Assembly: GCF_009914755.1 (NCBI RefSeq) | Contig: NC_060925.1 | Source of the DNA: the human T2T-CHM13v2.0 reference genome, Homo sapiens | DNA length: 64,000 nucleotides | Reading direction: 5' to 3' (one strand) | Part shown: positions 14,663-24,644 of the stretch, piece by piece | How the letters are laid out: each line of letters opens with the position of its first letter | Numbering within the stretch: the first letter of the stretch is position 1 | Position numbers and translations under genes: made by a program | The notes under the pieces: generated by a model | The model's database searches: none | Seen by the model: the letters and a program-made list of their open reading frames with translations, nothing else | Told to the model about the DNA's origin: nothing

Positions 14663-15798
14663 GTAATCAGACCTCGGGGACACCACCCTCTGTGGGACGG
14701 GTCTACTGTGGGTGGGAGTGCAAGGCTTTCTTAGGGGAGGTTGATGAAAGCCCTTCACTTCTTCCCTGGACTGACCTTACACAGGACAGGGCCAGACTGT
14801 GAGCCAGGGAAGTCAGTGTCTGGGGTTATTGCTATGTGGTATGTGTGTGCAGTGGTACTGGGAGATGGGGAAGGTGGAGGCTTGTAAACATCTTTCTCCA
14901 TTTAGCCAGAGAATTATATATTTCTCTTTTACTTGTGTAGGCCCAATAGGCATCTACTTAGGTTCATGTCCTCTCTTCCATTTTCATCCTTTTCTCTGGG
15001 TCCTTTTTCCTGGGTCCTCCTTTGGTCCATCTGGCCTTTGATGTCTCATAGACTGGATAGATTTAGGGGGTCCAGGGAAGCAGCACATATTTGCAGAGCT
15101 GGTTTCTATGCTGAACCCTAACCTGGAGACATCTTTTCTTTCTGTCATGTGAGCTCATGTGAAGTGAGCTCATGACTTAAAATAATACCTAACAAAAGGA
15201 TTCATCCTTTCTTTCACCACAATCAGGTAGAGTATGTTATCAAGGATGGGTCACCATCTTCTCATCATCCATCTAGTGGGCACAAACCTACTGAGCCCTG
15301 AGCCCTGAAAGATGTGGCACTTCAGGAGCTTGAGGGGGCTAGAGTGCAATTGCTGTGTCCAAAGATATTAGTTTCTCCTCATTTCTTCTGTTCTCAGTCA
15401 TTTTCCAGCAAACTCTATATCACCAAGTCCAAGTTCAAGCCCTTTTCAGGGTCCATCACATCCCCATAGCTGTTAAAGAGGCCATGTGGCATAGAAGAAA
15501 GAGAATATTAAGCAGATGGGCAGTCAGGAATCCTGGGAGCTAGGCTGTGTCTGCCACTGATTGACTATGTGAATCGGGCCAGGTCATTTCTCTCCCTGGG
15601 TCTTGGTTCCTCCTCTCAAACAAAGACCTGCTCTCCATGGCCCCTGAAGGCTCCTACAGATCTAAGGTTCATCATCACCTTCTAGAAGATCCCTATCTCT
15701 GCTGTGCTTATCTTGCCTTGGGTGGCATGTGGGTTGTTCCTTCAGGGGGTCAGGGTGGGCAGAGGCCTTGGCTCAGCAGTGACCCAGACCTTCCCCAG

Positions 15799-15957
15799 GA
15801 TGCTGAGAGCTGTTACCTTGTCCACACCCTGCTGGAGTTCTACTTGAAAACTGTTTTCAAAAACTACCACAATAGAACAGTTGAAGTCAGGACTCTGAAG
15901 TCATTCTCTACTCTGGCCAACAACTTTGTTCTCATCGTGTCACAACTGCAACCCAGT
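15799..15957 (+). CDS. IL24: Interleukin-24, exon 5
   Basis: DAESCYLVHTLLEFYLKTVFKNYHNRTVEVRTLKSFSTLANNFVLIVSQLQPS; IL-10-family motif. Confidence 0.97.
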
Positions 15958-16302
15958 GTGAGTAGCACACGCTCTGGATACTGGCAGCTCTGGGTTCAAG
16001 TCTAGGTCTGCTTCCAATCTGCTGGGTGACCCTCTGCAAAGTCCTCCACCTCCCTGGGCTTCAGTTTGTTATCTGTAAAATGGGGATGATCACTCCTGCC
16101 TGGCAGGATTGCTGCGAGAATTAAAGGAGGTAGCCCCTTTCACAAGGTGGGAGTTTGGTATTGGTTACCTTGGGGAATGCAGGATTCAGCCCTGGGCTCT
16201 CAGGCTTTGGGAGACCCTGTGGCATCAGCAGGAAAACTGAGAGGGAGTTTGCATCTGCTCCTATCTAAAAATTGGCACAACTTCTTTTCCCATGTTATGT
16301 AG

Positions 16303-16377
16303 CAAGAAAATGAGATGTTTTCCATCAGAGACAGTGCACACAGGCGGTTTCTGCTATTCCGGAGAGCATTCAAACAG
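16303..16377 (+). CDS. IL24: Interleukin-24, exon 6
   Basis: QENEMFSIRDSAHRRFLLFRRAFKQ; tag|...|gtaagg. Confidence 0.96.
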
Positions 16378-17280
16378 GTAAGGCCAAGAGCTGAGAGCTT
16401 GCCCATCCAGCAGAATAGACTAGTCTGCACCATCACACGAGGGCGCCTCAGAGACCCAATGCAGAATGTAATGCAGGGGACACCATCAGCTTTGCTCCAA
16501 AGCCCCCTGACTTAGCAGGAGCACAGTTATATTTGCAGAAGCATCGTAAACTAAGTGGTCTTTTTTCTTCCAGTTTTCAAGTTAAAGTGCTTCTATATTT
16601 CCCTACAAGATGATTTTACGAAAGGAACTTTCCCTGTGTTTTGTAGGTACTTGGGCTGGGCAACTGAAGTCAGAAGAGAGGGAGAAAGAAGGGAGACACC
16701 CCACCCCCACCCCCACCCCATACACATCTGCAGTATTTTCCATGATGCTCAACTGGTCTAGTTGTGAAAAACAATTATGGGAAATTATTTTTGCTTTTCC
16801 AAAATTATGACAACAAAGAAAACCCAAATTTCATCCCCAGCCCCCCTAAAAACATAAATGATTTCGATCACTTTTTTTTTTTTGAGGAAGAGATGCATCA
16901 GCTTTTAAATAAATGGTGAAGAGCAATAACATCTGATGGAGAGGGGCCACCTGGGCTCATTTCACCTGTGCAGTGGATTCAGGTGGTGGGCCATATCCAT
17001 CCCATACTGCAGTTTGTGGTTGCTGTTGTTAGGGGTGCCATATGTCTTTCCCTTGTTCTTTGTCCACTGATATTCACTAGCCTGTTTGTCCTCACCCCTG
17101 AAGCAGATAAACACATGTAGATGGAGGAAAAGTGACAGGCAGGTGGGTTCATCAGTGGGCTCATCCCAAAGGTGACCCATCCCTTGGATTGGAGTCAGGT
17201 CTATTTTAGGCATGGCAGGTTGGAAGAAAGACTATTCTCATAGCTAACATGGCTGACCTTCAACCCTCTTTTCCCTTTAG

Positions 17281-17364
17281 TTGGACGTAGAAGCAGCTCT
17301 GACCAAAGCCCTTGGGGAAGTGGACATTCTTCTGACCTGGATGCAGAAATTCTACAAGCTCTGA
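17281..17364 (+). CDS. IL24: Interleukin-24, exon 7 to stop
   Basis: LDVEAALTKALGEVDILLTWMQKFYKL*; IL-10-family KALGEVD motif; exons sum to 206 aa. Confidence 0.97.
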   Translation: MDVEAALTKALGEVDILLTWMQKFYKL

Positions 17365-17588
17365 ATGTCTAGACCAGGACCTCCCTCCCCCTGGCACTGG
17401 TTTGTTCCCTGTGTCATTTCAAACAGTCTCCCTTCCTATGCTGTTCACTGGACACTTCACGCCCTTGGCCATGGGTCCCATTCTTGGCCCAGGATTATTG
17501 TCAAAGAAGTCATTCTTTAAGCAGCGCCAGTGACAGTCAGGGAAGGTGCCTCTGGATGCTGTGAAGAGTCTACAGAGAAGATTCTTGT

Positions 17589-17644
17589 ATTTATTACAAC
17601 TCTATTTAATTAATGTCAGTATTTCAACTGAAGTTCTATTTATT
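17589..17644 (+). promoter_or_regulatory. IL24: IL24 3' UTR AU-rich elements (3x ATTTA)
   Basis: ATTTA at 17589, 17604 and 17638 in an AU-rich context. Confidence 0.8.
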
Positions 17645-17755
17645 TGTGAGACTGTAAGTTACATGAAGGCAGCAGAATATTGTGCCCCATGCTTCTTTAC
17701 CCCTCACAATCCTTGCCACAGTGTGGGGCAGTGGATGGGTGCTTAGTAAGTACTT

Positions 17756-18154
17756 AATAAACTGTGGTGCTTTTTTTGGCCTGTCTTTGGATTGTTAAAA
17801 AACAGAGAGGGATGCTTGGATGTAAAACTGAACTTCAGAGCATGAAAATCACACTGTCTTCTGATATCTGCAGGGACAGAGCATTGGGGTGGGGGTAAGG
17901 TGCATCTGTTTGAAAAGTAAACGATAAAATGTGGATTAAAGTGCCCAGCACAAAGCAGATCCTCAATAAACATTTCATTTCCCACCCACACTCGCCAGCT
18001 CACCCCATCATCCCTTTCCCTTGGTGCCCTCCTTTTTTTTTTATCCTAGTCATTCTTCCCTAATCTTCCACTTGAGTGTCAAGCTGACCTTGCTGATGGT
18101 GACATTGCACCTGGATGTACTATCCAATCTGTGATGACATTCCCTGCTAATAAA
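17756..18154 (+). terminator. IL24: Candidate IL24 poly(A) signals
   Basis: AATAAA at 17756-17761, 17965-17970 and 18149-18154. Confidence 0.65.
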
Positions 18155-19323
18155 AGACAACATAACTCAAGTCTGGCAGACTTTCTTCTCTATTTCTGGA
18201 TGAATGCCCAGTGAGACTGTGTTGTACAGCTAGAAAAGGCCTTCTTCCCAATAGCAAGGCTGTGCATCTAGCCTCAAGCTCTGGCTGAACTTTGTGGTCG
18301 ACATCAATCTAAAGATACAGTGTCTGACTATAACCTTGTTCCAAAAACCTAGGCAAAGAGTATATGTAGGAGGTGGGATATCACTTCCATGACATAAGTG
18401 CTATTGCAGAGCCGTGGCCACCCAGGAACTCCTGACTGCTTTCCTTCCCCTGCTTGCTATACATTGTCTGGAACTGGCTAAGAAATGGGGAACATTTGTG
18501 AAAACCAAGAAATGTAATGGTTTTGGATGAATAAAATAGACCAAAGTTAAGGTAAGTGCACAAATATCAGTGTCAGGCTATGGAAGAAAGATAAAGAGAT
18601 ACTTTTTTTTTTTTTTTTTTAGAGGGGAGATGCTGAGGTCAGGGCACTTATGTGCATCAAGTGATGGAGACAGAGTAAAGAGAATTTATGGATATATATG
18701 CATATCTTGCTAATAAGTTTGGTTTATCATCACATCAAGATAAATTGCCTTTAGCATAGAACTTGAGATAAGTAGACGTTCACTAGCAAGTGCTAACATT
18801 TGGATCAGGGCAAAGGCGTTTCCAGGAGTGTTTTTATACCAGACCCCTGCTTAGTCCATGGGGCTGAGGCATGTCACATAACTCAGAGCAAGAGCCTTCT
18901 ATTTGTGTAAGACCCAACCCTGGGAAGGATGCCCGAGACAATAGCTATGCCTCTGCCCCAGCCTGATGCCATGTGATCTAGAGCCTGGGCAGCAACAACC
19001 CTGTGGTCAAAGACATGGAAGAAACACTCTGCAAATCCCACAGTCTGTTCGACGGCTTGGAAAGGAAGCAAGTGGCATTGGGACAATTGCTCTACATGCC
19101 TACAGCTTACCTGTCAACTACAGGGGGCTGCCAAGGTGTGCAAGACGACCTGGGGGCAGAGCCATGCTCAGGGCACAGATAGATGGGGATGGGAGTCGAG
19201 ATGGGGCATGGGAAGTGATGAGGGCTCTGAGAACACATGAAGCAGGTATTGGACATCAGCAGATAGATGAGACTCCTTGGCACCACAGTCCGAGCCTGGG
19301 GTTGGGGGATAGCTGGGGAGTTG

Positions 19324-19452
19324 TCAGGCAGGAACATTGATGTAGTCATCTGAATCACTGTCCTCCATCATGGCGGCAGGCTGGTGGTAGAGGCTCACGT
19401 ATTCACAGCTGGTCTTCAGAGATGGGGCATGGAGCCAGGGAGATTCAGACAC
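19324..19452 (-). CDS. FCMR: Fc mu receptor, exon 8 to stop
   Basis: VSESPWLHAPSLKTSCEYVSLYHQPAAMMEDSDSDDYINVPA*. Confidence 0.96.
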   Translation of the reverse strand: MSESPWLHAPSLKTSCEYVSLYHQPAAMMEDSDSDDYINVPA

Positions 19453-20117
19453 CTGGGGACAATGAAAGAAGCATCACTGGATCTGGGTAGGGTGATTTTA
19501 ATATCTCCCCAGGTGGATTTTCATAGTGGGCAATGGGGCATGGACATGGCTGCTGAGTTCCAGAAGGCAAAGACACAGAGATGGCTCAGCTCCATCAAGT
19601 GGAGTAGCCCTGGGGATTTTCAGGGTAGTGTCTCACCTGAGATAACTGGAAAACCTAATGTGGGCAGGAAATGCCTTAAATGGGGCTCAGAGTAAAATCA
19701 TGTGGCTAAGCATGGGCCTGAAAGAGACCCAGCTGCCAGAGGAGTATCCCCTCGGGGATAAGATGCTGTGACTTATGGCATAAATATGCATCTTCTTAGG
19801 GAGTTATTCAGAAGTAGAGTGAGTCACCCTCAGCACCTCTGTAAGGGCTCAGAGATGCTGTGATGTGGCGTCGTGACAGTGCATTCCAGGAAGGGGGATG
19901 GATGGTGAAGGGGATAAGATGGCAGCCCACATGGAACACTGGTGCTCCTCTTCCCCAGACAGAAACTTCAGGATCATCCACCTTGAGGACAGTCAGTTCT
20001 CAAAAGACAGGACTGTGCCAGTGACCCCAACATGGCACAGTTACTATCTCATCCACTGAGGAAGGCCACAAGGGGGACAGTTATGTATTTAAACACAAGC
20101 TCTGAGAATTAGACGTC

Positions 20118-21322
20118 CAGCAGCCTGAATATAGTAGGCATTCAGGAAGTACTCATTGAAAGGAACTTTTATATATTTTGTACTTTACTAAAGAGGGAAG
20201 CAGCAGCAGCTTGCTTTGAAAACATGTTTTCCATCAGTCAAGGAAGTAAGAAGCCACAAAACAGAAAAGAAAAAAAGAGAGAAGGTTGAAAAGAAAAGTA
20301 ACAGTGAGAGCAAAGAAAACTAAGCAACAAAATTACATGGTCCTGGTATAAATGTCAGTGAGGATGAAACTCAGTCAAGTAATCAGTGAAAGACAGCTAA
20401 TAAGCACATGTTGGTAGCACTCCACTTAGATGATATAAGACCAGTCAAGAAAGACCTGGATCCCAGAACAGCTCAAGATGTCAACCCGAAGCAAATTAAC
20501 CAGCACATAACAATAGGAGAAACGATACACAAAGTTGGAGGTGACACAGAGAAATGAGAGATGATCAAGATAAAATTTCCAGGGTGGGAAGGAAGGTGGT
20601 AATACCTGAGCTTCCTTTAGAGGCCAAAGAAGAGACTGAGGACGGGAAGAAGATGAGGCTGAGGATGGGGAAGAGGATGAGGCAGAGGAAATCCTCGATG
20701 TATGACATGATTTTGTTTTTGTTAAATTAAACGAACTTTGAAAAAAGTGAGCAAGTCCTTTGTTAGTTTTTCACACTATCTTCTATTATGTTTTAATTAA
20801 CTTTCTTTGTCTGAAATAGAGATGGTTTTAGATTTGCTAAAAAACAAAAATTTGTCTTTCACTGCCTGTTATAGTTCATCATTTGAGATTAACTTATTTG
20901 GCTTAAGAAATGGAAATGCTCCCCATGGAAGCTATAATAATGAGTCATTAAGCATAGGCACCTTTTTGTAAATTTGTTCCATCAAGATTTTTGCCCCTAA
21001 TAGTGGGAATGAGAGTTTCAAGTAGAGAGGCAGGGTCAGCTTGGAACAAGGTGCAGGCCCAGGTGAGGGTCTGTGTGGTCACAGGGCAGTTTTAGAGAAA
21101 AGGGCTGCTGGAAAGACGGAGTAGACAGACAGTGTGGCGCCTGTTGTCCCTCCTGGTTGCTGCACCATCCTCTGGAGTCAATGGTCAGTATTCAGGTACC
21201 AGGACCTTGTGCACATATTTTCGAAGCAAGCTGCTGCTGCTTCCCTCTTTAGTAAAGTACAAAATATATCAAAATTCCTTTCAATGAGTACTTACTGAAT
21301 GCCTACTATGTTCAGACTGCTG
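20118..21322. repeat. Inverted repeat, arms 20118-20226 and 21214-21322
   Basis: Manual alignment: 109 nt, 7 mismatches, no gaps. Confidence 0.95.
20233..20699 (+). pseudogene. LARP1B-like processed pseudogene fragment (N-terminal region to RG repeat)
   Basis: Translating across stops and frameshifts gives SQGSKKPQNRKEK..EKVEKKSNSESKEN*ATKLHGPGINVSEDETQSSNQ*KTANKHMLVALHLD..SQERPGSQNSSRCQPEAN*PAHNNRRNDTQSW..RDDQD..GGN..SFRG..GRGNPR, which I recognise as the LARP1B N-terminus. Confidence 0.8.
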
Positions 21323-21355
21323 AACACTGCCACGCGGGTGTGAACCTTCTCTAGC

Positions 21356-21434
21356 GGGGGTGGGGAAGGGCAAGCCGGAGAAGCCGGGGGGTGGGGGGGT
21401 GGGGGGGTGGGGGGGGGTGGGGGCGGGGTGGGGA
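21356..21434 (+). repeat. G-run cluster (putative G-quadruplex)
   Basis: About ten G3-G8 runs, mostly with 1-nt spacers. Confidence 0.8.
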
Positions 21435-21899
21435 CTGCGCAGAACTGCCTCTTGTTGCTGGGTACCACTCTCTTCTTTGTAGCCAGGCCCACGATTGACC
21501 AGCTGGGGATTAAATTTCTCAGCCTGCCTTGAAGGGAGGTTCACTACATGGTTAAGTTTCAGCCTCTAGGATGCAAGTGGAAATGGTGGGAAACGTCAGG
21601 GTCATGGGCTTAAGAAGCAGCATTCTCTTCCTCCCTCCTGTAAGCTGGGACGTGCACACGGTCCTGGTGCCTGTGTACTGACCATGGAGCTGGCAAGACT
21701 CCAGAGGATGGCGCAGCAACCAGACAGAGGGAATTTCAGTCCCGAGATGACCTCTTGGCTCACTGGCTCAGGCCACCTCTTCCTGTCCCTGTCTGAGCCT
21801 TTATTTGGGGAGGGGGAAGTAGGCTTCCACCGTGTGGGCCCTGTCTTTTGGAGTCTGCTGCATTAGCTTAGTCTACATGCGAATTAAACAAGGGATTTT

Positions 21900-23039
21900 C
21901 TTTTCCCAGGCGGCTGCCGAAGATGGCGGGGGTGCAGGTCCTGGTGCTTGATGGTGGAGGCCATCTCCTGGGCCCCCTGGCGGCCATCGTGGCTAACTAG
22001 GTACTGCTGGGCTGGAAGGTGGTTGTCGTACGCTGGGAGGGCATCAACATTTCTGGCAATTTCTACAGAAACAAGTTGAAGTACCTGGCTTTCCCCCGCA
22101 AGCGGATGAACACCAACCCTTCCCGAGGTCCCTACCACTTCCCGGCCCCCAGCCGCATCTTGTGGCACAAGTACGAGGCTTGCTGCCCCAAGAGACCAAG
22201 TGAGGCCAGGCCGCCCTGGACCACCTCAAGGTGTTTGACGGCATCCTACTGCCCTACGACAAGAAAAAGCGGATGGTGGTTCCTGCTGCCCTCAAGGTCG
22301 TGCGTCTGAAGCTTACAAGAAAGTTTGCCTATCTGGAGCGCCTGGCTCACGATGGTGGCTGGAAGTACCAGGCAGTGATAACCACCCTGGAGGAGAAGTG
22401 GAAGGAGAAGGCCAAGTTCCACTACAGGAAGAAGAAACAGCTCATGAGGCTACGGAAACGGGCCGAGAAGAACGTGGAGAAGAAAACTGACAAATACACA
22501 GAGGTCCTCAAGACCCACGGGCTCCTGGTCTGAGCCCAATAAAGACTGTTAATTCCTCATGCTTGGCCTGGCCTGCCCTTCCTCCATCGTCGCCCTGGAA
22601 TGTGCGGGACCCAGGGGCAGCAGCAGTCCGGGTGCCACAGGCAGCCTGGGACATAGGAAGCTGGGAGCAAGGAAAGGGTCTTAGTCACTGCTTTCTGAGG
22701 TTACTTGAAAGCACTCAGGGAATTGTGCAGGTGTAATTTATCTATGACCAATAGGAAGAGCAACCAGTTACTATTAGCAAAAAGGAGTCGGAAGACTAAT
22801 TGGAGGGGCCCTACCTTGTGAGTGGGGCGTCTGTTTAACTTTCCACCTGGTAATATAGCTCTGCAGCTGTTAGAATGTGCAAGCGCTTGGGGACAACATG
22901 AGCTTGCTGTTGTACAAAGGGTATTTATAGAACCATAGACTGGGAAGATGTGCGACCAAGGGGTTACAGGAATTGCCTGTGCTCCTCACCTGTATTTTGT
23001 AATCAGGATCAAATAAATTATTTTTAAAGAAAAAAAAAA
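21900..23039 (+). pseudogene. RPL13A processed pseudogene in FCMR intron 7
   Basis: Intronless; 5' TOP-like cttttcc; ATG 21923; premature TAG 21998-22000; frameshift near 22170; native stop 22531-22533; AATAAA 23012; A-tail; TSD approx. AAAC(A)AGGGATTTT. Confidence 0.95.
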
Positions 23040-23765
23040 CAGGGATTTTTACCACACCCTTTTAAAAAAAGCTTTATTCTGGGCTCTGCGTGTTTTGGAC
23101 ACTGTAGGCTGCTTTAGAGAATAAAAAGCTTTCTCATCTCAATTCTTAAAGATGAACGGATAAAGGCTTTCTACCCAACCATCAGTGGCCCTGAGTGGAA
23201 ACGCGAGTTCCCTCCATCCACTCTAGATTTAAAGATGAATCCTCCTCACTCAAGGTGTTGAACCCTGTCTACATCTCTCCCAAGTCATCCTCTAGCCAAG
23301 CTTAACCGCCTCCAGAGAAAGGTAAATTACCTCCTCTCATCTTCGAGAGTTTACTAGAAAGTTCTCGCGCACAGGAAGGTGAACTGTCTAGGTAGCTTCC
23401 ACCTCCCTAGGACCCCCTAGAAATCTAATCTCCTCCACGAGAAAGCCTTTCACATAACTGTGGAGCTGCCACCTATCATTCTCTGCTAAGCCAGCTGCAT
23501 CCAGCACGCAGGTATCCCGTGACAACTGCTTGGCTAGAAGCCACGGAACCAGGTCTTCTACAGTTCCCGGTATTCAACCTCCTGACACCAAACAAGGAGG
23601 AAACTAAAACAACTTGTTCCTCGGCTCAGGGCCCAGGAGCTGCTGGGAAACCCGCTCTCCGGATCGCGGCGGCGGCGGCGCGGGAAGCCACACTCGGGTC
23701 CCCGCCCAGGGCTGGGGCCGCCCAGTCGGGCCGCGGCTGCCAATCAGGGCAGGAGCGGAGCTTAC

Positions 23766-23824
23766 CTGCAGCGGGGCGGGGGGCAACGGCGCTCCGGGGC
23801 CGGGAACGGGGGCCTCCCCTGTGC
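23766..23824 (-). CDS. FCMR: Fc mu receptor, exon 7
   Basis: GTGEAPVPGPGAPLPPAPLQ; tag|...|gtaag. Confidence 0.95.
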
Positions 23825-24028
23825 CTAGGGAACAGCGAGGGCGAGGTGAGGCGGCGGCCGAGGCTCCCGCCCCACCGTCATGCTACTACTCCCAGCTCCA
23901 CCCCCGCCCCACTCCCAGCTCCACCCTGTGGGAAGCCCTGGCACCTGGGAGCGCGCCCCGCTGCGCCCGGCTTTCCCGGAGCCAGCGCACTCTTTCCGCT
24001 ACTCCCCGTGGCCCGCCCGGCGGCTCAC

Positions 24029-24172
24029 CTGCAGCGTCCGCTCCACGAGCGCGCCGCGGGCAGGCGCTGTAGATGTTGTTTTGGGAGCGCGGTCGCGGCG
24101 ACCCGCGGGGCCTCTGGGAGCTCTCCAGGGCGCGCATCCTCACGGCCAGTCGGCGGGCCCGCCTGGAGAGGG
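24029..24172 (-). CDS. FCMR: Fc mu receptor, exon 6
   Basis: ALSRRARRLAVRMRALESSQRPRGSPRPRSQNNIYSACPRRARGADAA. Confidence 0.95.
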
Positions 24173-24513
24173 CTTCCCCACAAAGCCACGGGAAGAGGGA
24201 GGAAAATGGCATCAGAGGCCCGTGCCACCCTCCCCAAACGAAAGGCTGCCTCCTCCCTCGGGCTTGGCAGTGTCTGACCTGGAGATGCTCCAAGCGTGGG
24301 GAATGTACGAGGCACGGCCTTGCCCTGCCCTGAAGACCAAAGGGCCCAGGCCGCTCTCCTCCTCAGACCAGTGGCCCCCACTTCCCTAACTTCCCTACAC
24401 CCCAGGCTGCTCATCAAAAGCTCCGAGTTTCCCATGGAAGTTCAAAAGGGGGTTCTGAACGCTGTGGGCTCTTTGGGCAGCTCAGCTCTCCCTACCGAAG
24501 CCCAGCCGCTCAC

Positions 24514-24644
24514 CTTTCCTCCTTTCAACGGCCCTTTTCACCACCAGCCCCAGAAGTGCCAGCAGGAAAAGGCCCAGGATGGTCGGGATCAGGATGTGAA
24601 ATCCTTGGCCTTCCCTCCCAGACTGTGAGCCATAGTCCAGTGCT
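24514..24644 (-). CDS. FCMR: Fc mu receptor, exon 5 (transmembrane)
   Basis: RALDYGSQSGREGQGFHILIPTILGLFLLALLGLVVKRAVERRK. Confidence 0.96.

Larger units (their letters stand above)
23600..24250. promoter_or_regulatory. Intragenic CpG island over FCMR exons 6-7
   Basis: Very GC- and CpG-dense; GC boxes at 23701, 23718, 23773; CCAAT 23740-23744. Confidence 0.8.

Noticed and set aside
18602-18620. T-run as an FCMR poly(A) end
   Set aside because: Genomically encoded A-tract on the - strand with no canonical hexamer upstream; would cause oligo-dT internal priming rather than true termination
22019-22533. RPL13A-like ORFs of 96 and 100 aa
   Set aside because: Fragments of a pseudogene with a stop at codon 26 and a frameshift
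20233-23039. Functional link between neighbouring LARP1B-like and RPL13A (TOP mRNA) retrocopies
   Set aside because: Separate insertions with different junction features and both disabled; adjacency is most simply coincidence
23519-24277. 252-aa + strand ORF (and overlapping 152/169-aa ORFs)
   Set aside because: Non-ATG start for the longest; stop-poor GC-rich CpG island antisense to FCMR exons 6-7; no recognisable domain
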